DNA of 61,321 bases, counting the filler, from Squatina squatina (taxonomy: Eukaryota), in NCBI GenBank assembly GCA_031763465.1. It is 4 parts of 3 records of this genome, joined end to end, with 100 filler letters (N's around TTAATTAATTAA, not from the genome) between each part and the next. Parts side by side here need not be neighbours in the genome. Positions count along the whole stretch, not along the records: positions 34,861 to 48,428 come from JARFOE010000073.1; positions 48,529 to 61,321 come from JARFOE010000004.1; 2 more parts are not named here. One strand, written 5' to 3'. The stretch's first letter is position 1. Each line of letters starts with the position of its first letter. The notes beneath the pieces are model-generated. The model was not told the origin of the DNA. It saw nothing but the letters and a program-made list of their open reading frames with translations, and did not search any database. Below are positions 36,892 through 48,845 of this stretch, in pieces. The position numbers were made by a program, and so were the translations under genes.

Positions 36892-37592
36892 GTAATTAAG
36901 CAAATCCTCCGAGCCACAAACCTGGGGAAAAAATGGTACCGGGAGGTTTTGCCAATAAATGTAAACAGGGCAGTCAGTAGTAGCGTTCAAACCTCAACGC
37001 ACTGTACACTGTCGGCAAATAATTGCGGGATTGGATTAGCGCATATCCGTGTGAAGAGGGAGCGTCCATCAATCTGAGATACAGGACTGTTGAAACCTGA
37101 TTTTGGTTACTAATGTACAACGTCTCAAGCGGTGAACAGAATGATGGAACATTGTGGGGAAGGCAAAACAATGCAAGGGAGTCCAATTGTAAGGCTGCGG
37201 TTCAGGGTTTACTAATAGTTGTATTTGCTTAGAGACTATGAGAACCCTCTCAAAGTACTTCATGTGAAGTTTGGAAACGGTTGCCATAGATTTACGTAAA
37301 AGCTGACAATCATTTCCATCTTCACGTTTGCCACANNNNNNNNNNNNNNNNNNNNNNNNNNNNNNTGCATGTTTTGTTAAAATACGAGTTTGCAAAGTCA
37401 TCCTGTCACAAAGAAGAATCAAATAAATCGATTCATGCAAATGATATCACACCAACTGCAGTCTCGAGTCCCTCGCGTTTGGTTTAGCGGAGACTTGAAG
37501 GAGCCGCTACGTCGCAGTGTTGGCGACGGTTTCTAGACCTCTTTCTCTGATTTTGCTCTTATCTTGTGTGTTTTTTTCCTCTCTCCCCTCAG

Positions 37593-37863
37593 CTCAGACG
37601 CGCATATCCGTGTGAAGCGCTACCGACACGGGTTGCCGCATTTTCCACAGCTGCATCTGAACCGGCCGAGCTGCCAGCTTGGGACGTGCCAGTTGCAGAA
37701 GCTGAGCCACCGGTTAAACCAGCTCCTTAATAATCCGGAGAAGGACGACATGGCTCGGTGGAGCACGTGGAGCCCGAATAGCTACGGCAGGAAACGGCGA
37801 TCCGTGCGGTCCAAGATCGCGCTCAGGCTGCCCGGGGAACAGGATATACTGGCAAGGACGTGA
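37593..37863 (+). CDS. ADM: Prepro-adrenomedullin, last coding exon; mature 55-aa peptide at 37621-37785
   Basis: Strong polypyrimidine acceptor. Translates AHIRVKR|YRHGLPHFPQLHLNRPSCQLGTCQLQKLSHRLNQLLNNPEKDDMARWSTWSPNSY|GRKRR, with the C-x4-C ring and C-terminal Tyr-Gly amidation signal. Spliced precursor is 168 aa. Confidence 0.96.
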
Positions 37864-38673
37864 TGGGCTGTGTCATGACAAGCACACACAGGTATACACT
37901 GCAGAGCCACTGCCATGGACTAGAATGGCCATATCGTCTTCAATTGGACATGTGAAGACAGTTGGCAAACTTTTCAATGCACGCCAGACTTCAGAACTGT
38001 TATAAGCTGCCAAACCTGCCGGAATTTGTTTTTTTGGAGACGTTTCTGAGCGAACTGAATGAAGGAAAGGGCGCCACCTCTCCGCATACGCCTTGGAATT
38101 AAGGNNNNNNNNNNNNNNNNNNNNNNNNNNNNNNNNNNNNNNNNNNNNNNNNNNNNNNNNNNNNNNNNNNNNNNNNNNNNNNNNNNNNNNNNNNNNNNNN
38201 NNNNATTCATCTGTTAGTGCCCGAAACTTAGGGCAATCGAATTGGATGCCCCGAATACCTTGCCTGAAGGAGGAGGGAGTGACAGGAGATAGCACTGGGA
38301 ATCCTATCCATAGCAGGAAGTTAGAGGAAATTAATTAAAAACTTTAGCATGAAGGTTTCTTAGTGGTATGTGTATGAAATTTCTACACAGTAGTTGTTCA
38401 CGCGAATGTTTTACAGGGCCTTGTATATAAAATTGTTTAAACTATTTAAATGTAACTCTTTATTTCCTGTAACTGTACATCTGGAAATAGAATTATTTTT
38501 ATACGTGATATAAATGTATAAGGGCATTGTAGCATCAACAAACTTAGAATTGTGTGTTCACTATCATGGAGGTAAAAAATTGTTCACCAGTTACCTGACT
38601 CCTGTTGTACATTCCTGACTTGCAATGGCTGTATATGTAGTACAATCTATTTTTTGTCACAATTGTTAAATAC

Positions 38674-38679
38674 AATAAA
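38674..38679 (+). promoter_or_regulatory. Candidate ADM polyadenylation signal
   Basis: AATAAA following an AT-rich 3'UTR-like stretch. Confidence 0.4.
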
Positions 38680-40974
38680 TATCTGCCTACATTATGATGC
38701 CTGTGGTTATTGTATGACCCCTTCTGAAGAAAGGATGCGAGCAGCGACTCAGCGACCATTACTTTTCTGTTTAGAGATGGTCTGTATATGGTCGGCTAAC
38801 CCTTCAGAGGTCTCAGCGCACCTTCGCGACCATAGAGCCAAAATATGTATCGAACGTTCAATTATAAAGAGCGGTAGCACCACACCTGCAGCGGACATTC
38901 ATATCACGCAGTTTTGCCTTAGAAACAGAACTCAAATTCCATCCGGGAGGTTCTACTTGGTCCGACTCATCCTTGTTAAGGGGTTGCCCTGCTGTTTGAG
39001 CTCAGGAGATCTCGCTCCCCCATATTTTGAGACTCAGGTTTGATGTTGGGGTTAAAAAGGGCGAGCGGACGCCTAAGGTTGGGCGCCGGTATCACTGTTG
39101 CGGCGCCGTAATGGGGCTGACTGTTTTTTGATGATCAGCACAGGGAGGAAACCGCAGAACAGAGACCAAAGAATGTGATCACGGCTGTTGGATTTTCAAA
39201 GCCTGTAGCGCCACCTGACCTAAAATCCAGGCACTACAAGAGAAAGGATAAATAACGTTGAGTTAAATTTGAACGCAAGTGTTCTTCAGNNNNNNNNNNN
39301 NNNNNNNNNNNNNNNNNNNNNNNNNNNNNNNNNNNNNNNNNNNNNNNNNNNNNNNNNNNNNNNNNNNNNNNNNNNNNNNNNNNNNNNNNCAGCCATGATC
39401 ATATTGAATGGTGGGACAGGCTCGAGGGGCCGAATGGCCTACTCCTGCTCCTATTTTCTATGTTTATATGTTTCTCTTATGGATCACTGCTCTCAAGATC
39501 TGTCCTCTGTCAATGGCTGCCTGGGAAAGAAGCAATTATTTTATGTCTTTTTATTACCCATTTTGTTACATAAGCAATTACCTAAATAAATAGACAACAA
39601 GGTTGTTTTATAAAGGTCTAATTTGTTTTCTCGTAATCTGTTTTTAACTTCTGTTCTGCTGATATATGGCAGTCCTTGGAGCTCTATGTGCAAGGGATTT
39701 GCTTCAGATTAATTCTGTGATACTGTAGCTCTTGATGTCATAATTGTCTACTTTTAATGTGAGAATTAAGATAAAAACATTTCTATTTGTTTATTTATTA
39801 ATTAAGGAAAGCCAATGGTGGCGAGTTGAACACTTTTCCACATTGGGCAGTGATTCAGCATTTTCAAGTCAGTTATCGTAAGTCTGGACACAGAGTAAAG
39901 CTGTCACTTATGTGAGCTAATAATATTCCAAATTCAGAAGATAACCAGTTTGAATTTTTCTATTTCCACCACAAGCTCTCCTTTGGCCTCTCTCTGAGTA
40001 ATTAATTGTAACTTGTGCTGAATATTGGTCAGTTCTGTGTTGTTATCCTGCACCAATTAAAAATTAGTTTTAGACTGCCCAAAATTATTTCATAGAGGAC
40101 ACCTATAAATGGCAAACAAGAGGAGGCTTTCAACAAATCATTCTGAAACTAGCTGTCACAGGTGGAGAAAAAATGTACTCATTAATTTGCTACTTTGTCC
40201 TCTCATCTCCAGCTTTAAAATCGTTNNNNNNNNNNTAAAGGTAATTCTTATAAAAAAGGATTATACAGATGTACAAGATGATTTCAACCCTTAGCTGGTT
40301 CATAGTTTCATTACCAACCAAAATTTGTTCATTTGGTTGTTTGTGCGACAGCTGAAGATGGAAAGTATGAACCTGTGAATATACACATGTATGAACATAG
40401 CAAAAGAAGGGTAGGAAAAGACCATCATGCCTATCAAGCCCGACCATTCCAGGCATTGGGTAACTATACACACCATTGATGCCTCCTTAACAAGGAGGCA
40501 AAACAACAGAGAGAAAACTGTGGTTAATTGAGCAGCAAGACTACAAAATTCCTCTCTGACTCCCTAAGGCATTTAATGTTCCAGGAGACTGTGGTTCCCA
40601 TAAATCCTTACAAATACAACTAGCAATTTATTCTTTATAACTGAAAATTCCCTTTAAGAGGACAGGAGCGAATTCATATCCACCACATGTTCACATAGTC
40701 TGTTCTAGAGGATGATGACGCTGGGAAAACAAACCTCTAACTTAACAGTGCAGTATCTGGTTGTCCTACATTTGACCTAAGATTGCTGGTTGCTGACAAT
40801 GGGCGTAAAAGGCACTTTGAAAACATTTTTATTAAATGTTTTATAAAACTAGTTGACAAACAGTAAGATCAAGAAGGGGCAGTAAAGCTGCATAGTAACC
40901 CAAACAGGATGTTTGTATTCCTGTCATTTTTAATGAAAGAAGATATACCAATATAAAAAAACCCCACTGCTGGT

Positions 40975-41430
40975 AAGTGACAGACAGCATCAAGCTGAAT
41001 GAAAAGGCTTACACAAATACAAGCAAAAATGAAAATCCAGCAGACTGGGAGAGCTGTAAAAAGCAACAATTAGATGCAAATAAAGTAATAAGAAGTGCAA
41101 AAAGGGAATATGAAAAAAACTTGCAAGGAATGTCAAAGCTAATAATAAAATATTTTATGAATATATTAAGAGAGAGTGGTAATGGGTAATATTGGCCTAT
41201 TAAAGACAAATGCAGATGAGACCATAAGGAAATGGCAGTCTTGTTAATTAATAGTGGAGAGAGAGCACAACCCATCAGTGGTACTAGGAAACCTAAAATC
41301 AGTCAAAGGGAAGAATTAGTGGATAAGAATAAGAATGGCCAAAACTATGGCAGATGGATTTCAATGTGGGGCAGTGTGAATTCATCCACTTTGGATCCAA
41401 GAAAGAGAAATCAAAATATTTTTTTAACGG
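40975..41430 (+). mobile_element. Decayed CR1 ORF2 fragments
   Basis: IKLNEKAY...DWESCKKQQ...KVIRSAKREYEKNL and WQMDFNVGQCEFIHFG motifs. Confidence 0.7.
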
Positions 41431-41814
41431 TTAAAATGAGGAGGCTGAAATTGATTTGCGCCCCATTGGAGCACTTACAGGGCAGGGGCCAACATTTCTC
41501 ATGCCGGCTCCCGCCCCGCCCACTGCAGGATTCGTTGTTCTGGGGCAGGGGCGAGCTGCAGTGCGCTCCCGGGCGGAACTGGGGAGGCTGGCCTTGTACG
41601 TCGCTGGCGTGGCCTCAGCATCACGCCAGCAACGTAATTTGCATAGTGTCAGCATGGTGTNNNNNNNNNNNNNNNNNNNNNNNNNNNNNNNNNNNNNNAA
41701 ATCAGTTTTATGCAAGTGTCGCCATAATTTAATCCCTTAAGCCCTGGTATCATTCTGGTGAATCTGCACTGTATTTCCTTTAAGGTCAATTTTTCCTGAG
41801 GTTAGGTGGCCATG

Positions 41815-42190
41815 GACTAGGTTTGTATTCCCTTGAATATAGAATATTAAGCATTTGATGGGGTAGATAGAAAGATACTATTCCCACTGGTGGAGGAATC
41901 CAGAACAAGTGGGTATAACCTTAAAATTCGAGTTAGACTGTTCGGGGGTGAGATCACAAAGCACTTCTTCACACAAAGGGTAGTAGAAATCTGGAAAACT
42001 CTCCCCCAAAAAGTTGTTGAGGCTAAGTCAATTAAAAATTAAAAAACTGAGATTGATATATTTTTGTACGGCAAGGGTATTGACATTATGGAACCTAGGC
42101 AGGTAGATGGAGTTGAGATGCAGATTAGCCATGATCTAATTGATTGGCGTAACAGGCTCGAGGGGCAGAAATGCTTACTGCCTGGATTTT
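41815..42190 (+). mobile_element. CR1 LINE 3' fragment
   Basis: LGLYSLEYR...KHFFTQRVVEIW, then 3'UTR gctcgaggggcagaaatg. Confidence 0.75.
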
Positions 42191-43289
42191 CTTTTTCTTT
42201 TGCCCAAAGCGCAAAAGTCCTCACGACTGAAGAATGTTCTGGAATCCCAAAAGACCAAAGTAATTGTGTCACTAAAGTTTTAACTCTCTCAGGCAGCCTC
42301 CTTGTAAAGAAACTGCACTTCATATCACCAATTTGAGAAAGTTACACATTAGAAATAGTTCAAACTCTTGATGAATAAACACACACAAGATGCTGAAAAA
42401 GGATGTACTGACCACTAGAACAAGGTAATAAAAGCAGAACTAGTCCAGGATAATTAACTTAATATAAAAAGAACCACAATTCACCAATAAAATGCCATGA
42501 AAACAAGAAGACGTTAAAATACATTAAATTAATAGAACCCTGTAAAAACCTGAATTCTGTTGTGAGTTTATGGGTGAACTCATGCCAGAAGTCCATTCTA
42601 CACGTCTGATTCTGGCCAATATACGGAGTAAATAGATGTAAGGCTAAATAAAAGATAATAAAGAGTTGGAAGGGATGGAACTTAATAGGATAAGAGAAAA
42701 GATAATGAGAGAAAAATAAATAAATAAATAAACCTGGTTAAATGAAAAATTCCTTTTTAATCATTCTCACCACAGATTCAAAGAAATCATCTCCAGGAAA
42801 TGTATACAAGAGTATCCCTGAAAGTTAGAGGGTGGTTTGTGGAAACAAACAAATATCTCTATTCAACCTTTAAAAAAAAATCTCTTCTGAGGCAAGTTTG
42901 TAAATCCATATGTAAATATGTCCCAATGACCAGGTCAGTGTAAGGCTCTGCTATGAAAACAGCTGCAGATCTTCTGAAGCAACTATTGATCCTCATGGGA
43001 ATTTACATATCCTGAGCTTTATAAGCTTCTGTTTTACAAGACCATAAGCATCTTGAGAGAGAACATTCCTTGGAAACTTGCCTGCCTTTTTCACTATCGT
43101 TGAAGCTGGCTTCTACCCTGCAATGTCGAATGTTAAATGGTAGAATACATTGAGTTTCTGCTGTAGGCCTAGTTTAGGGTCCAAGTGGTGTCGGGAATTC
43201 AAGTGGCTCATTGAGATGGAATAGAAATATAAAGAACTGAAATATTTCATAAAGGCACAAAAAAGTGAAATAATTGTTAAAAGAGTAGG

Positions 43290-43630
43290 GCTGACTGGAA
43301 AAGGATGAAAACAAAAATCTAATGGAGGATGAAGGAATGGTGGAGATATTAAATGAGTATTTTGCCTCTGTTCTTACAGAAGAGTGTGGTAGTAGGAACG
43401 AAAGGGTAGAAGAGGGGGTGGTGGGGCATTCAGATAGAACTACCAATAAGGTAGTAATACGGAAAAGAATGCTGGAACTGAAAGTGGAGAAGGCATTCAG
43501 ACCTAATGGCATGCATCACAGACTCCTCAGGTAAGTTGGTGAGGAAATAGCAAAGGCTCTGACTACAATCTTTCAAATATCCTTGAATATGGAAGACATG
43601 TCAGAGGACTGAACAGTTGTCAATGTAACA
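43290..43630 (+). mobile_element. CR1 ORF2 fragment
   Basis: MVEILNEYFASVLTEE...LKVEKAFRPNGMHHRLLR...EEIAKALTTIFQ. Confidence 0.75.
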
Positions 43631-43639
43631 CTAATACAA

Positions 43640-44354
43640 AGGCAAAATACAACGGATACTGGAAATCCGAAATATAAACAGAAAATGCTGGAAATACTCA
43701 GCAGGTCAGGCAGCATTTATGAAAAGAGAAAGAGAGTTAATGTTTCAGGTCGATGAACTTTCGCCACAACTGGAAATTGTTACAGATGTAACAAGTTTTA
43801 AGCAAGTACAGAGGCAGGGAAAGGCAGAGGGAAGGAAAGAACAAAAGGGAACGTCTGTGATAGGTGGATGGCAGGAGTGATTAAATGAAAAAGGGATGAT
43901 GTTGCAAGGCAAATGGGGGTGGAACAAGTAAAGAAATAAAAGATTTGTTTAGAGGAACTGAAAATGATAACAGAAGAATCATTACCAACATATGCTGTCC
44001 AAAGAAATGGGAGCAGTGGTTATGATCTGAAATTGTTGAACTTGATGTTGNNNNNNNNNNCAGGAGGCGAAGTTAGAGAGGTCAGAGTGGAACGGAATGG
44101 CAAGTGACCAGAAGCTCAAGGTCATGCTTGCAGACTGAACGGAGGTTTTCAGCAAAGTGATCACCCAACCTACATTTGTAGAGGAGACCACATCATGAGC
44201 AGTGAATACAGTACTCTAAATTGAAAGAAGACCAAGTAAATCGCTGATTCACCTGGATGAAGTGTTTGGGGCCCTGAACAGTGGGAACAGAGGAGGTGAA
44301 TGGGTAGGTGTTGCATCTGCTGTGCTTGCATGGGAAGGTGCCGTGGGAAGAGGA
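43640..44354 (-). mobile_element. Penelope-like element: GIY-YIG region and 3' terminal repeat
   Basis: Frameshifted GTFPCKHSRCNT.PFTS...QGPKHFIQVNQRFT..S..L.YCI.CS.CG motif followed by the terminal repeat. Confidence 0.75.
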
Positions 44355-46100
44355 NNNNNNNNNNNNNNNNNNNNNNNNNNNNNNNNNNNNNNNNNNNNNN
44401 NNNNNNNNNNNNNNNNNNNNNNNNNNNNNNNNNNNNNNNNNNNNNNNNNNNNNNCAGTGAGCTTACCAACTTTCCTGAGATTTGCAAAGTTCTTCGTCAG
44501 CTGCTCCCAGATTTGCAGCACAGGCAAGACAGCATTCTTTCAGCCACCTCCATCTAGGCTTATCTAGTGCTACTTTTAACTGGCAGATGCATTTCACCCA
44601 GCTCCATACAGGACATTTTACAGTAGAATTTCTAAAGCTGCTTCATTTATTGTAACACTACTGACTCATACACTAGATCTAGCTTTTTTGACCCCTTGAA
44701 TAGCATAGGTGTCTTTAAGGGGAAGTTTAAGAGAAATAAATAGAAGAGTATGCAGATAGGGTTTGATGAAGATAGTGTGTGGCATAAACACCGACACAAA
44801 TCAGTTGGGCAGAATGGCCTAAATTCTATGTAATGCTCTTCTGTAGCAGGGCAGCTTTAAGGGTAATCTGCAGATGGCTAACTTGGCCCTTGGCCCCTTG
44901 GCTCCTAGCATGTCGTGCATGTCAAGAGTTGCACTAATTTATGTTAATGAGCTGACTTTGTATTTATTAGCACAAGGTCAACTCACTGAACTGCAGGCAC
45001 ATGAAAAGCAGTGGCCTTGCCTCGTTATGGGCCCCAAGTAAATGAAAACAGAAAAGTTTTATAGACAGAAATCCATAATTAAAAAATCAATACATCAAGA
45101 AAGATATTAATCTGTCTTGTTCTGGAATGTGTTACTGACGACAATCCCTGCTATTAACAACTAACAACTTGGGCGAAGAGAGAATTGAAAATTACTCTTT
45201 AAGTGCAAGAAGCTATAAAACAAAATCAATGTACTCCTTTAAGAGATTAGAAGTAGATTTTACAAGCTGTCTGCATCATATAAAACTAAAACTCCCCTTC
45301 AGTTTTATAGACTGTTTCAGCTGGGTATGTTGTTTTTGTTGGTAGTGACTTGACAAGGATAATCTTTAAAGCATGAATTATTGAACTCTGAAATTTAAGC
45401 AGAGCTAATCAGTAGGCTGGGTGACTTCTTGTTGCTGAGTCTGACGTTGGTGACTCAAGAAGAATAGTAGTAAATTTAATTAGACTGACAGACCATTTAA
45501 GTATTCTAAATTCACAGTTCAAAATTTCCAAACCAATCTCACACACGGTATCTCAGATATTTCCTTACTAAGATCTGTTGACGTCTTAAAAGCACAAAAA
45601 TGTCATATTCAAGAAAAGATTTCCAAAGATCCCTTCTGCAATGTTCATTATTTATTTCTTATCCTCATAAATCTTGGTGTTAATGACGTTACTTTCCACT
45701 TCTGTTTCTGTTCTTGAACGTTTTATTCCTAATTTTATATCATTTGCATAAATGAAGCTCAGAACTGACACAAAATAAAAAAATAGTTTTCGGTTATGCT
45801 CAGTGATAAAGCACAGTGCCAGCAAATGTAGGGTATGGGTTTGATCACTGGTACAGCAAGTTTGTCATCTTGGCCATGCCATCAGGTGAAAGTGCACAAC
45901 AGAGGCTGGGCAATTCACACAAGGAACATAGAACATAGAACATAGAAAATACAGCACATAACAGGCCCTTCGGCCCACGATGTTGTGCTGAACCTTTGTC
46001 NNNNNNNNNNNNNNNNNNNNNNNNNNNNNNNNNNNNNNNNNNNNNNNNNNNNNNNNNNNNNNNNNNNNNNNNNNNNNNNNNNNNNNNNNNNNNNNNNNNN

Positions 46101-46737
46101 GTGTACAGTTTTGGTCTCCTTATATACTTGCCATCGAGGGAGTGCAGTGAAGGTTCACCCGATTGATTCCTGGGATGGCAGGCTTATCATATGAGCAGAG
46201 ATTAGGTCGATTAGGACTGTATTCACTTGAGTTTAGAAGAATGAGAGGGGATCTCATTGAAACGCATAAAATTCTGACCGGGTTCGAAAGATTGGATGCA
46301 AGGAGCATGTTTCCCCTGGCTGGGGAGTCTCGAACCAGGGGTCACAGTTTCAGNNNNNNNNNNTAGGCCATTTTGGACTGAGATAAGGATAAATTTCTTC
46401 ACTCAGAGGGTGGTGAACCTGTAGAATTCTCTACCACAGAAGACTGTGGAGGCCAGGTCATTCAATATATTCAAGAAGGAAATAGATACATTTGCAGATA
46501 CTAAAGGCATCAAGGGACATGGGGAGAAAACGGGTATATGGCATCGAGATCAGCTATAATCATATTCAAAGCGGAGCAGGCTCGAAGGGCCGAATGACCT
46601 ACAGCTGTGCTTATTTTCTATGTTTCTATGTTTGCACTGTGCCTTTTCATATTGAATGACAGAGCAGGCTCGAAGGGCTGAATGGCCTACACCTGTGCTT
46701 ATTTTCTTTGTTTCTATGTTTGTACTGTGCCTTTTCT
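46101..46737 (+). mobile_element. CR1 LINE 3' fragment with a duplicated tail
   Basis: IPGMAGLSYEQRLGRLGLYSLEFRRMRGDLIETHKILTG; the 3'UTR and tail appear twice. Confidence 0.88.
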
Positions 46738-48109
46738 CAATGTTAATTTGTATTTGTTTAATTTTTCAGAGGGTTACCCAACAGAAATACCAGGTAAATT
46801 AACTATAAATCTTCCTCATCCTGCTATCCAACAAAATAGAGAATGCACATGGTCCCATCATAGTTTTATCTGTTGATCTTGTATCCTTCCAACAATTTTG
46901 TACCATTATTTGTTGATGATATTCCTATGACTTGTCCCAATTTTAATGGTACTTTAGTAATATCTTCACAGATTTCACAGCATCAGTATCACGATCAGGA
47001 TCAGGTAAATCCTGCTTTACTGCATAACACAAAACTCAGAACGATCCTTCTATCTGTCGGTCTGTTTGTCTGTCTATCTATCTAGAATCTATATCTTAAA
47101 AATCTTTACGTGGGGCACATAATTAAAACATGGCAAAGACACATAACAGAAAGATGATATCCTCCAACTTACCATATACAAAGCCACATGAGATCCATAA
47201 GTATAATTAAGTTGTTAGATAAAACTAGACATGCAAAAACTTTCATGGTAACTTTGCCCGATGTACAAATTCATTGTCTTGCCTGCAGTACCAGTTACGT
47301 CTCGTTTTTTTTTAAGTCAAGGGGGGTCACATGTGGCCTGTTAAAGATTCTCCCAGAGTACCATTGACTGGCCTGCTATGGTTTAAAATGAATACTTTTT
47401 TTTCTGTAAAGTACATTTTTACAAGTAATATTCTTAAGAGTAAAAAAATTCAACTCTGTGCACAATGTTATCATTACCAACCAAAGCACTATATTGTTTC
47501 ATTGTAACTCCTGTGTATGAGTATGTATCAAAATCAAGCAAGGTAGAAATGACTCGTGAGAAATTCAATCAGCATTGACTGTTTGCCACAAACCTTGCGA
47601 TGTGAATGAAAAAAATCAGTCCACTTGGGAAAACAATGTAAAAGCTACTTGTGTAACAGACTGTGGTGCAGTATTTGTCATATAGTGAGCCTGCTCACTC
47701 CCTTTTAGGTTTTCACAGCATTTTGATGGTGGTCATGCATCCGCCTAAACAAAGTTTAGCCTGCCACAAGACAACAGGCCAAAAATAATCATAAAAATGT
47801 TATGAAATGTTGGAACATATTTACCTGCATTCATATTTTCTGTGAGGTGTGCAGAATGGTGTACACTAAGATGTCTTAATTTGTTATGTAATCCTATGAA
47901 ATGATAGTTTGCATAGACTTCTGTAATGACTCAATGTCCATGCAGCCTTCAATAAAGCATAATTAACCGATTACTGTTAATTCAGATTAATTGGAAAATA
48001 TATGCTTGCTATTGTGATATAAAATGCTTGCACTATTTTGGAACAATTGAACATTGTAATTGGTGAAATGTTGTAAATGTATGTTATGGTTAAAATGGAA
48101 TGACAGCTG

Positions 48110-48428
48110 TCATAATGTAACAGATTCATAATCTTGGGACTCTGGAGTTATTGCAAAATAATTCTCTGTGCCTAAATTGGCAGTTGAGGCTGTGACATAT
48201 TCTTGCTGCATATTTGCATCAGTAGGAGGAGGGTGTACAATAGGATGAGTTGGTATTTTTATCAGGCTTACAGTTTTATCCAAGATCACATTAGTTGCTG
48301 GAATATTGACTTCAGGCGAGTCAATCTCTCTTACTGTACAGGTCCCTTTTTCATCACAGGTTGCAACCAACCGCGAGTCATCCTGTAGAGGCAATGCCAT
48401 GTGCTTGAAGTTCAGAAGATTTTGCTCA
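48110..48428 (-). CDS. Probable terminal coding exon of an unidentified gene (5' end cut by the linker)
   Basis: Frame is open for 105 codons from the contig edge (EQNLLNFKHMALPLQDDSRL...PESQDYESVTL*), non-repetitive, and followed by AT-rich UTR-like DNA. Confidence 0.55.
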
Positions 48429-48528
48429 NNNNNNNNNNNNNNNNNNNNNNNNNNNNNNNNNNNNNNNNNNNNTTAATTAATTAANNNNNNNNNNNNNNNN
48501 NNNNNNNNNNNNNNNNNNNNNNNNNNNN
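48429..48528. other. Artificial scaffold linker
   Basis: N44-TTAATTAATTAA (48473-48484)-N44. Confidence 0.95.
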
Positions 48529-48606
48529 GTAGGATAGGGAAGGCAGAGTGATGGGAATATGATGAGAGACACAGCAAGAAGAGGGTGAGTGTGGCTTTGG
48601 ACTGAC

Positions 48607-48845
48607 CTTTCCTGATCTAACAAAATCACTGAAATGTTTACGGCACTGCACCCAGGTCCTCCTGACCACATCCCTGTTATTGACCTCCTCTGCAATTTGG
48701 AGTCATGCTATTATGGTCTGCTGGGGAGGTCTCCTCCGGCCATCAGCAGGGAAGGTGCATCTGTGAGTCCTCTGAATCCCTCCAAAAGCATATGGACAGA
48801 GTCATCGGAGAATCTGGATGCAGCCCTCTGCCTCTCTGCAGTCAT
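48607..48845 (-). mobile_element. Degenerate Myb/SANT-like ORF of a Harbinger-type DNA transposon
   Basis: RAASRFSDDSVHMLLEG, a frameshift, then FPADGRRRPPQQT..A*LQIAEEVNNRDVVRRTWVQCRKHFSD; the R.W.QCRK.F.D motif is typical of Myb/SANT-like domains. Confidence 0.65.

Noticed and set aside
41750-41768. Resemblance to part of the CPEB3 HDV-like ribozyme
   Set aside because: A short match lying among CR1-derived sequence, without the P1-P3 pseudoknot elements.
43735-43775. Penelope-associated hammerhead ribozyme (minus strand)
   Set aside because: GAAA is present, but the CUGANGA box reads gtggcga, so the catalytic core is broken.
44460-44565. Minus-strand exon ending at gtaagc
   Set aside because: WEQLTKNFANLRKV looks like another decayed Myb/SANT transposon fragment with upstream frame disruption.
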